The notes beneath the pieces are model-generated. The model was not told where the DNA came from, did no database searches, and saw only the letters and a list, made by a program, of their open reading frames with translations. DNA of 64,000 nucleotides, taken from IMG/VR virus record IMGVR_UViG_3300025728_000001, positions 1 to 64,000 of that record. The stretch is one strand, 5' to 3'. Positions 56,177 through 64,000 of the stretch are shown here, piece by piece. The stretch is from a virus. The position numbers were made by a program, and so were the translations under genes. Numbering within the stretch: the stretch's first letter is position 1; every line of letters starts with the position of its first letter.

Positions 56177-57249
56177 TGGCGGCCAAGGACCAGGGCCGGC
56201 CGGATGTGGTGCAGGACGCGCGCAAGGCCGGCAAGGAAGCCCGTGAGGCGTTTGAGTTCGATCTAAAGCGCCGTCTCGGGGACCAGGCCAAGATCCTGTC
56301 CGCCGACGACATGGGCGGGCTGTACGAACCAAAGCGCGGGCTGTTCACGTCGATTGACGGCAAGCCCCGCATGCTCACCTTTGACGACATCCTGGCGTTC
56401 AAGGCCGCGGTCAAAGACATTCAGCGGATGCACGGCCAGCACAGCAAGCAGGCGTCCGGCGGGATCCTGGTCAAGAAGGTGATCGACCTGTCCACGCCCC
56501 AGGACCGGGAGCGCGCCAACAAGCAGATCCATTTCGCGGTACCGATGAGCAATCGCGCGGGCGTGGTGCAGTTCCAGACCAACTCCGGCCCCAACTCCGA
56601 CGTATCGCGCCACACGGTGATGGTGCAGTTCCTTAGCTATGACGCGGCCCTATCGAGTGGTCAGCCGGCGCCCGAGGCGGCCAAGTCGCTGGCGCGCGGC
56701 AAGATCAAATACGACTGTAGCTGCAACCGGCACACGTTCTGGTTTCGCTACATCGCCAGCATTGGCAACTTCAACTACGGCCGCGCTGAGGATGGTTTTC
56801 CGCGCATCCGCAACCCCAAGCTGTACGGTGTTGCCTGCAAGCACGTCATCCGGGTTATGGCCACGCTGGGGCATTCAGGGACGTTCAACAACTACGCCCG
56901 GAAGATGATCGAGCACGGACGTAAAACGCTGAGCGGCAAACAGCAAATCATGACGGTGAAAGAGCAGCAGGCGTTTATTGACAACGCCACCAACGCTCGC
57001 CGCCGGGCGCGCACCGTCAAGACCTCCGAAGAGAAGCGCCTGGAGCGTGCCGCACAGCCCGCGCAGCAACGCAAAGCCGTAGAGGCGGCCAGGGTCAAGG
57101 CGGCGAATGACGAGCTGCGCAGAACGCACGCCACCAAGGTCAACAAGCCGGTGCCACTGGACAAGAAAATCAAGGCCATGATGAAGCTGGGCTACTCCGA
57201 ACAGGCCGCACGTATCGCCATCACCGCCGCCGACAACGCACAGGGTTAA
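56176..57249 (+). CDS. late protein with SWIM-type zinc finger
   Basis: CSCNRH.F.F.Y...NP.L.G.ACKHV. Confidence 0.65.
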   Translation: MAAKDQGRPDVVQDARKAGKEAREAFEFDLKRRLGDQAKILSADDMGGLYEPKRGLFTSIDGKPRMLTFDDILAFKAAVKDIQRMHGQHSKQASGGILVKKVIDLSTPQDRERANKQIHFAVPMSNRAGVVQFQTNSGPNSDVSRHTVMVQFLSYDAALSSGQPAPEAAKSLARGKIKYDCSCNRHTFWFRYIASIGNFNYGRAEDGFPRIRNPKLYGVACKHVIRVMATLGHSGTFNNYARKMIEHGRKTLSGKQQIMTVKEQQAFIDNATNARRRARTVKTSEEKRLERAAQPAQQRKAVEAARVKAANDELRRTHATKVNKPVPLDKKIKAMMKLGYSEQAARIAITAADNAQG

Positions 57250-57252
57250 GAC

Positions 57253-57762
57253 ATGCTCAACAACGTCGCTATTGCAATCAACAAGGCCAACCGCCAGCGC
57301 ACCCTGCGCGAGCCCAACGCTATCGAGTGTGTGCTGTTCACCAAGCGAGTCGACCGGGAGTCAGACAGCACCAGCTATGACGGCTATCCCACGCTGGGCG
57401 GCGCTGGCGTCATGAGCGATGAGGATGAGGTGAACTATTCGTGGGTGTACGCCTGCGATGCCAAGATTCACTTTGCCCAAGGCTTTGCCGCGCCGCTGGG
57501 CAACACGGCCGACGATGATGGGCGCCTCAACTACCCCGAGGGCGTGACAGAGGCGTCTATCGAGCCAATCCTTGATCCGGGTGCCGAAGGCTACGTGCAG
57601 CCGGCCAAGCGCATGCTGGTGGCCTTACTGATGGGGGACGGCCTGATCATCAACTACGAGATTGTTGACGTGACCGGTAACGTGAACATCCCGCCGTATA
57701 CCCGCAAGTACCTGGTTAATCCGCGCCCGGATGAAGAGGCGACCGGGGATCTGGAACCATAG
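57253..57762 (+). CDS. putative head-closure / neck protein
   Basis: Late operon, beta-rich; synteny only. Confidence 0.5.
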   Translation: MLNNVAIAINKANRQRTLREPNAIECVLFTKRVDRESDSTSYDGYPTLGGAGVMSDEDEVNYSWVYACDAKIHFAQGFAAPLGNTADDDGRLNYPEGVTEASIEPILDPGAEGYVQPAKRMLVALLMGDGLIINYEIVDVTGNVNIPPYTRKYLVNPRPDEEATGDLEP

Positions 57763-57782
57763 CGCGCCCGTCCTCCATATGG

Positions 57783-57824
57783 TGCAAAGCCCCGCCCGGA
57801 AGGGCTCAAAACCGCCTGTACGCT
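57783..57824 (+). promoter_or_regulatory. late-promoter motif before portal
   Basis: TGCAAA-N30-TACGCT. Confidence 0.7.
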
Positions 57825-57855
57825 GACCGGTAAATGGGACTAATGCGTACAGACA

Positions 57856-59445
57856 ATGGCCGACGAAAAGAAACCGAAAAAGAGCTGGCTGGGGTCGCTT
57901 AGCGACACCACCAAGCTTTTGCTGGGCGAGGTGAGCACGGCGCCCGAAAACCGAATGGAAGGCATCAGCACCTTCGACGCTGATTACGTCGGCATTGAAA
58001 TGCTGTTGGGGTCGAGTGATCGCCCCGCCCGGTCCCGTTCTGCGATCTATCAGAAGTGGCATTACATGATTCAGGACGGGCTGATCAGCACCATCCTGCG
58101 CTTACACGTCCAGATGGCGCTGGGCGGCCACGAGACGACCGGGGAAACGATCTTTATCGAACCCAAGCCCGGTATCTCGGCGGCGGACAAGAAGGCCGTC
58201 GACGAACTGCAATTTATCGCCAAGATCCTCAACAAGCACGCGCACGGCATGTGCTTCACCGCCTGTGCCTTCGGGGATGCCTACGCCCGGCTCTACACCC
58301 AAAAGGGCGAGGGGATGTTTGCCTTCGACAGCGAGCAGCCGTTTGCGCCCCTGGTGCAGGCCTATGAAGAGATTGGCCAGACCGTGGGCTACATCGTCAG
58401 TCTCGGGTCGAAGCTGCAAAGCCGCTTCAATCACCTGGACATGGTGCGTATGCGCATGCCGCGCATGGTGTACCTGCCACAGATGCGCGCCATCGAGAAC
58501 GCCCAAAAGATCAACCTGGAAGCCACTCAGCCGCGCGATATGCGGCCATTGCCGGCGCTGGTGGGCGGTTCGTTCCTGGAAGCGGCCGAGGTGGACTACG
58601 ACAACCTTATGTCCGCCCTGCGCGGGATGATCGGCCAGCGTATCGCCGGATCGATTGACGAAACCATGATCGGCGCCAACCTCTCCGACATGACGGCGGC
58701 GCAACAAAAGCTGTTCATGGACTCGCTGGAAAAGATGCTTATCAGCATGAAAACCCGCGCAGAGGATGCCGTGCGCACGGGCCAATACGCCACCTCGCGC
58801 AACTTCCACGTCATGCCGACCTTCAATGAAAAGCAGCTGACGCAAATCAGCTCGTTTCAGGGCGGCTCCAACTCCGGCGCCGGCGCCAACATCGAAGACG
58901 TGATGTTCTGCGCCCGCAAGCTGGCGGGCACGCTGGGCATTGACCTGTCGATGGTGGGCTTCGCTGACCAAATGACCGGGGGCCTGGGTGAGGGTGGCTT
59001 TAACCGCACCAGCAGCCAGGCCGCTGAGCGCTCCCGAATCATCCGCACCGCCTTTATGCAGACGGTGAACGACACCATCGACCGCCACATGCTGGCCAAG
59101 ACCGGCAAGTGTTGGGCGGACGATGAACGCCCCTATGACGTGAATTTCTTCGGCTCCATTGCGGCGCTTGAGGCTGAGAAACAGGCCAGCCGAGAACGAT
59201 CGATCAATGCCGGCGCCATGCTGCTCCAGGCTATGGATGGCATGCGAACCATGGGCCTGCCGCAAGACGTTTGCGAGCAGTTCCTGGCCTCAATGATGGA
59301 AATCGACGCCGACAAGGCCAAGGTGTTCGCCAAAGGGATCAAGGATGCAAAACCGCCAGCGCCTGATATGGGCGGTGGCTTCGGCGGTGGTGATGACAAC
59401 CCGCAACCGCTACTGCCGAACGGCACTACAGAGAGAGAGGAATGA
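57856..59445 (+). CDS. portal protein (P1 Prt-like)
   Basis: 529 aa; FGDAYAR, GGLGEGGF.RTS.QAA; directly before protease. Confidence 0.85.
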   Translation: MADEKKPKKSWLGSLSDTTKLLLGEVSTAPENRMEGISTFDADYVGIEMLLGSSDRPARSRSAIYQKWHYMIQDGLISTILRLHVQMALGGHETTGETIFIEPKPGISAADKKAVDELQFIAKILNKHAHGMCFTACAFGDAYARLYTQKGEGMFAFDSEQPFAPLVQAYEEIGQTVGYIVSLGSKLQSRFNHLDMVRMRMPRMVYLPQMRAIENAQKINLEATQPRDMRPLPALVGGSFLEAAEVDYDNLMSALRGMIGQRIAGSIDETMIGANLSDMTAAQQKLFMDSLEKMLISMKTRAEDAVRTGQYATSRNFHVMPTFNEKQLTQISSFQGGSNSGAGANIEDVMFCARKLAGTLGIDLSMVGFADQMTGGLGEGGFNRTSSQAAERSRIIRTAFMQTVNDTIDRHMLAKTGKCWADDERPYDVNFFGSIAALEAEKQASRERSINAGAMLLQAMDGMRTMGLPQDVCEQFLASMMEIDADKAKVFAKGIKDAKPPAPDMGGGFGGGDDNPQPLLPNGTTEREE

Positions 59446-60347
59446 TCATGCGTAAGCGCACAGGGGTTATCAGCTACAACTTGAACGACCGTGGCCGAGA
59501 CTTTAACGGCCAGGATCGTGACGTCGACATTGCCGCGGCCATGCGCTTGATCAATGGCCCGGCGGTACAGGAGCTGGTGCGCCAGGGTGATGTGTACGGT
59601 TACTTCGGGCACACGTTCCGCGAGAAATACGGCCTGAATGTGCCTGAAACGGTGATCGAGGGCGGCAAAGTGGTGGTGCTTGAGCCCAGCGTGCGCACGG
59701 TGTTTATCAAGTGCCTGCCTGACGGCACCGTAGAGCACGAACAGGAGTTTTTGAACAATGCGCCCGGCCGTATTGCTGGCCGCCTGTACGACAGCAAGGC
59801 CTACGGTTTCAGTTCGGTGTTCCATGCGCCCGAAGAGAACGGCAAGCGCACGCCCAAGACCTATCACGGCATGGATTTCGTCAGGACACCGAACTACAAC
59901 ACCAACAAGGGCTATACCGCGATGCTGGATAGCGTCGAGCCGGGCGCCATCGAGTCGCTGGGCTTTGCGGGCGAGTGCGCCGCCATGATGGACAGCGTAG
60001 ACGCGATCATGGCTGAGAACGACGCTACCGCGGCCGGGATCAGCGAGGCCTACCTGCACCAGTGCAAGGTTAACGATGACCTGGTAGACCTCAATGCACG
60101 CCTGATGCTGCGCCTACAGAAGGCCGGTACCGGCGCCATGCTCGACAGTCTCGATCCGACCACACTGCAACGCGGTTCGGAGTTCCTGCCCAGTCGTGCG
60201 GCGGCCATGCTCGACAGCGCGGATCGTTTCATGTCCGCTGTTCTGCCAGAACTGGAGCCTGCGCCCGAACAAGTGGAAGCCGACAAGAAATCCGGCGTCC
60301 TGGCCAAGAGCATCGACATGGTGCGCAAAGTGATTGGGGGGGTGTAA
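59442..60347 (+). CDS. prohead protease / head processing protein (P1 Pro-like)
   Basis: GYFGH, GFSS, GMDFV..PNY motifs. Confidence 0.85.
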   Translation: MIMRKRTGVISYNLNDRGRDFNGQDRDVDIAAAMRLINGPAVQELVRQGDVYGYFGHTFREKYGLNVPETVIEGGKVVVLEPSVRTVFIKCLPDGTVEHEQEFLNNAPGRIAGRLYDSKAYGFSSVFHAPEENGKRTPKTYHGMDFVRTPNYNTNKGYTAMLDSVEPGAIESLGFAGECAAMMDSVDAIMAENDATAAGISEAYLHQCKVNDDLVDLNARLMLRLQKAGTGAMLDSLDPTTLQRGSEFLPSRAAAMLDSADRFMSAVLPELEPAPEQVEADKKSGVLAKSIDMVRKVIGGV

Positions 60348-62888
60348 GTGGCCAACCTTCCCTCTGGTCCGGACGGCTTCCTTACCGGGAAGGCCGCTGA
60401 ATCGCTCAGCCGGATCGCCAGCGAAATCGAGGTGCTTAAGGCGATCCACTCGGACACGACCGCGACCCTCAAAACGCTGACCAAAATGGCGCGCTCGCTG
60501 TCCAGCCCTGCGCCAGCGGCGCCGCCCAATCAGCGCGCGCCCCAGCAGCGCGCCCCAGCTGCCGCGCCACGAGCGCCCGTAGCGCCGCGTGATCCCTCTT
60601 CCAGTCCGTCGGGCGCCCCATCGTCCACGTCGAGTCGTGGCCGGGATGAGAACGGCCGATGGCGCCCCAAGACGCCCGCCTCAGACGCTAGCCCATCGCG
60701 CAGCAGTGAGGGCGGGCGCGTCTCGGCGGCCATGCACAACGTCGGGGACTCCCTGAAAGGTGCCGGCCACTCCATAGCGTCCGGCGCCGAAGGCATGGAC
60801 CCCACTGTCCAGGCCGTCAAGGAAATCAGCGGCATATTCTCCCCACTGTCGAGCATGCTTAAGCCCATGGGGCGACTGTTCGGTCGGGGCAAAACCCCTG
60901 AGCAGAAGAATCAGCGCGAAAATGTGACCTGGTACCGCCGCATCTGGAGCGCGGTCAAAAACCCGGCGGCCGGTGGCGGTGGCATGGGGCTGATCATGAC
61001 GGCCTTGCTGTCGATGCTGGGCATGCTGCTGGCGCCTATCAAGGCGCTGGGGCGACTGCTCGGCATGGGTTCGCTGGGCAAGCTCTTGGGCGGGCTTGCA
61101 GGGGGCGGTCGCGCGGGCTCAAGAGGTGCGCGAGGCGCAAATAGTCGGCTTGATGCAGGCGCAGCCGGTGGGAAGAGAAAACCGGGCACGGCAGGCGGTA
61201 CCGCTGGCGCTGCGACAACCGGCACAAAAGCCGAAGCGGCGGCGGCCAAGGCAGCAGCGAAGGCCGGCGGCAAGGGCATACTGGGCAAGGCCGCTGGCTT
61301 TGGCAAAGGGCTGCTCAAGCGGATTCCATTCCTCGGCGCGGCGCTGGGCTTGGGCATGGCTGCCAGTTCGGCTATGGCATCCGACGATCCCAATCTGTCG
61401 GCTGATGAGAACAAGAAGGAGCGTTATGGCGGTGTAGGCAGCGGCATCGGTGGCGTGATCGGTGGTGCGGTGGGGATGTTGGGCGGGCCAGCGGGCGCCA
61501 TTGCCGGCGCGATGATTGGCGACCAACTGGGCACCATGGTGGGCGAATGGCTGGCCACCGTCGACCTGGGCTCACTCCCCGGCAAAATTGGCGATGCGTT
61601 CACCAGCCTCAAAGACGGCACCCTTAAGGCGGCCACGGGGGCGTTTGACTCGATAAAAGAGGGCTGGAAGGGGCTGGTAGACACTGGCGCGAAACTCTTC
61701 ACCAGCATGAGCGATTGGGCCAAGGACACTTGGAAGGCGGCCACGGAAGCCGTCTTGGGCCTCAAGGACACCGTAGCCGACAAGTTGCAGACCGCCACGG
61801 ACTACGTGGGCGATAAAGCCACGTCGGTGAAGGATGCCGGCCAGAACCTGCTCAACAAGGCCACCGGTGGCAGCTACACGGGCGGCTCCAATGCGCGCAA
61901 GGATGAGCTGATTAAGGCAATGGACGCCGGCGGGATCACCGATCCGAAGTCGAAAGCCATGCTCATGTCCAACGTCGACGTCGAGACGGGCGGGTTCAAG
62001 AAGAATGAGGAAAACCTGAATTACAGCGCCAAGCGCCTACAGGAGGTATTCCCCAAGTACTACAGCACCCCCGAGGCGGCTCGCGCAGACGCCAACAACC
62101 CGGAAGCCATCGCCAACAAGGTCTATGGCGGGCGCATGGGCAACACCGACGCGGGTGACGGGTACAAGTACCGTGGGCGTGGCGACATCCAGCTCACCGG
62201 CAAAGCGCAGTATGCGGACATGGGCAAGAAGCTGGGCGTCGACCTGGTGAACAACCCGGATCTGGCCATGGATCCCAAGTATTCGGCGCAGATTGCCGTG
62301 CAGCATTGGAAAGGCTCCGGCGCCGACAAGGCGGCCATGGCCGGCGACCAGGACCGCGCCCGCAAGCTCACCAACGGCGGCACCAACGGCCTGGAGGACG
62401 TGAAAAGCAAGTATGACGGCTACCTGGATCAGGCCAAGGCCGGCGACTTGACGCCAACCCGCCGCGCCGATCAGGGCAAGGTGCAAGCCCCCGAGGGTGC
62501 TAACGCCGCGCTGGCCAGTACCATGTCAGCGGTAAGGGGTACCGCGGCCATAGGGGTGATGCCGATTGGCCCGCGTGGCGCAATGGCCCCGGCCATGCCT
62601 GGCGCTCAGACAGTGGGTGTTATGGCGCCGGCCGTGCCGACCACGGGCATGGCGTCCGTCAGGCCGATCAATGCCGGCATGATGGTCGCCCCCAGCTACT
62701 CGCCGCCGGCGCCGGACGCGTCCCTGACCAAGATCCCGCCAACGCCAGCCGTTGAAAAGCCCCTCCTGACACCAGGCAAGGCCGCGGCCTCCCCCGCTAT
62801 TCAGATGTCGGTACCGCTCAGCCAGAACTTGGAAGACAGGCAGATTGCCCACGTCGCCAGTGGTGGCATGGGAATGGGGAACAAGTAG
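60348..62888 (+). CDS. tape-measure-like protein with GH19 (chitinase/lysozyme) domain
   Basis: Gly/Ala-rich and W/F-periodic segments; ETGGF, ENLNYSA.RL, YRGRG.IQLTGK.QY, NGGTNGL. Confidence 0.85.
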   Translation: MANLPSGPDGFLTGKAAESLSRIASEIEVLKAIHSDTTATLKTLTKMARSLSSPAPAAPPNQRAPQQRAPAAAPRAPVAPRDPSSSPSGAPSSTSSRGRDENGRWRPKTPASDASPSRSSEGGRVSAAMHNVGDSLKGAGHSIASGAEGMDPTVQAVKEISGIFSPLSSMLKPMGRLFGRGKTPEQKNQRENVTWYRRIWSAVKNPAAGGGGMGLIMTALLSMLGMLLAPIKALGRLLGMGSLGKLLGGLAGGGRAGSRGARGANSRLDAGAAGGKRKPGTAGGTAGAATTGTKAEAAAAKAAAKAGGKGILGKAAGFGKGLLKRIPFLGAALGLGMAASSAMASDDPNLSADENKKERYGGVGSGIGGVIGGAVGMLGGPAGAIAGAMIGDQLGTMVGEWLATVDLGSLPGKIGDAFTSLKDGTLKAATGAFDSIKEGWKGLVDTGAKLFTSMSDWAKDTWKAATEAVLGLKDTVADKLQTATDYVGDKATSVKDAGQNLLNKATGGSYTGGSNARKDELIKAMDAGGITDPKSKAMLMSNVDVETGGFKKNEENLNYSAKRLQEVFPKYYSTPEAARADANNPEAIANKVYGGRMGNTDAGDGYKYRGRGDIQLTGKAQYADMGKKLGVDLVNNPDLAMDPKYSAQIAVQHWKGSGADKAAMAGDQDRARKLTNGGTNGLEDVKSKYDGYLDQAKAGDLTPTRRADQGKVQAPEGANAALASTMSAVRGTAAIGVMPIGPRGAMAPAMPGAQTVGVMAPAVPTTGMASVRPINAGMMVAPSYSPPAPDASLTKIPPTPAVEKPLLTPGKAAASPAIQMSVPLSQNLEDRQIAHVASGGMGMGNK

Positions 62889-62901
62889 CCCGCCAGTTCA
62901 C

Positions 62902-62943
62902 TGCAAACCGCCCCGCAATAGGGCGGTTTTTGTTTGTCATCAT
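62902..62943 (+). promoter_or_regulatory. late-promoter motif before baseplate operon
   Basis: TGCAAA-N30-CATCAT. Confidence 0.7.
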
Positions 62944-62971
62944 GTAATCAATAAACCGCTACCGGTGCCCT

Positions 62972-63292
62972 ATGGCAGACGACATGCTCAACACGGACCT
63001 GCTCTTTCGAATGATTGCCCATTGGGTGGGTACCCAGCCGAACAAGTACTACGGATCGACCTATGGCGCGCCGACCGAGGACTTGCTGCAAAAGCCCCTC
63101 AGTTCGCCCATTGCCGACGCCTACCTGGCCAAGATGCGCGAAGACATTCCCGTTATCGCTGCGCTGCCACCGGGCACGATCAACATGTACACAGACAACG
63201 ATGGGCTTGACCGAAAGACCATCTATATCGATATCAACGGCTCCTACGTGAGTCTGGCGGACCTGGGGGACGTGAAACGTGGCAGTTACTAA
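62972..63292 (+). CDS. baseplate gp25-like protein (P1 PmgA-like)
   Basis: HW..T..N.Y.GS.YG...K.REDIP; precedes wedge gene. Confidence 0.65.
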   Translation: MADDMLNTDLLFRMIAHWVGTQPNKYYGSTYGAPTEDLLQKPLSSPIADAYLAKMREDIPVIAALPPGTINMYTDNDGLDRKTIYIDINGSYVSLADLGDVKRGSY

Positions 63293-64000
63293 AGACGACT
63301 TCATTCAAAGCGCGATTAATGAAATCGCCAGCTACCCCACTATCGCCATGCGGTACCAGATTGGTGATCCGCTGATTACGCAGGGGCTCGCGTCGATGGC
63401 GGCCATGCTGGCGGACGTGAGCAACCAGGTGGAGGTGACCGCCGGCGAGCCCTTCACCAAGGCCCGCGACGTGACGGTACGCAGTGATGCGGCCGTTAAA
63501 GGCATCTTGCCCTTCGCTACGCCCGCCATCGCCGCCATCAAGGTTACGAACGGCGCCCTGGTGCCGGTCCAAGTGCTGGCGGGGCGAGTGCTCCAGGATG
63601 CGGCTGGGCGCTATTGGTTGGTTACGTCGGGCGTGAACCTGGCCGCCGGCGCTATCGGTTACCTGACGGCCAAGCAAGTCAGCGCTCGCCGCTTCACGCA
63701 CCAGGTGACCGCGTTCATTCCGTTCTACTCGATTCCCCTCAGCCAGCCCGAGGTGGGGTTTATTGCCAACGTGCTGGTGGACACTTTCGAGTACTCCACC
63801 AACTTCGCCAACATCCTGGACGGCGAACGGGTTTACAACATCAAGTCCAACGAAGTCAGCGAGCTGAGCCTGCAATTCGGCATTGCCGGGCTGTCCGGTT
63901 ATCAGCCGGCCGTGGGCGCGCAGATCAAAATCACCGTGCAGGACACAGAGGGCGCTGTGACGCTCTCCACCGGCATGAAGTTCTATTTTGAGTACACCGG
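63279..64000 (+). CDS. baseplate wedge protein (P1 BplA-like), 3'-truncated by window edge
   Basis: Manual translation from GTG 63279: AVTKDDFIQSA...YQIGDP...EPFTKARDVTV..DA..KGILP. Confidence 0.75.
   Translation, partial: MAVTKDDFIQSAINEIASYPTIAMRYQIGDPLITQGLASMAAMLADVSNQVEVTAGEPFTKARDVTVRSDAAVKGILPFATPAIAAIKVTNGALVPVQVLAGRVLQDAAGRYWLVTSGVNLAAGAIGYLTAKQVSARRFTHQVTAFIPFYSIPLSQPEVGFIANVLVDTFEYSTNFANILDGERVYNIKSNEVSELSLQFGIAGLSGYQPAVGAQIKITVQDTEGAVTLSTGMKFYFEYT

Larger units (their letters stand above)
1..64000. mobile_element. P1-like temperate myovirus / phage-plasmid genome segment, probable Pseudomonas host
   Basis: Capsid, sheath, tube, portal, protease, terminases, tape measure, baseplate, lysis genes and integrase; P1-type accessory set (ref, rdgC, ssb, phosphatase); no host housekeeping flank. 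Confidence 0.93.

Noticed and set aside
1-64000. DGR, retron, Cas or known anti-CRISPR genes; parA/parB; tail-fibre invertase
   Set aside because: No reverse transcriptase, Cas, ParA or serine-invertase motifs recognised; such modules may lie outside the window

Overview
The window is an internal 64-kb piece of a large temperate myovirus or phage-plasmid with P1-like architecture. The host is most likely Pseudomonas, judged from near host-type SSB, RdgC and YejK sequences. Layout: 2-17 kb late block (large adenine MTase, major capsid, sheath, tube/neck, lysis cassette); 17-22 kb minus-strand integrase, rdgC and ssb; 22-25 kb replication initiator, ref and dut; 25-44 kb long run of small accessory genes; 45-52 kb packaging (TerS, a degenerate TerL paralog, intein-containing TerL); 52-55.8 kb yejK and regulators; 55.8-64 kb portal, protease, GH19 tape measure and baseplate. 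No host flank, tRNA, rRNA or CRISPR array was seen. Features the gene list does not explain: (1) a ~500-nt multi-hairpin non-coding element ending in a terminator just upstream of terS, a candidate large phage ncRNA; (2) a fixed-spacing motif NGCAAA-N30-NANNNT in front of most late operons; (3) an apparently catalytically dead terminase-ATPase paralog; (4) dispersed 8-bp-period arrays, some inside genes; (5) a repeated MLD(S/A) motif in capsid, protease and an acidic/basic protein. Protein assignments rest on recalled motifs and synteny, RNA pairings were found by eye, and no searches were run.
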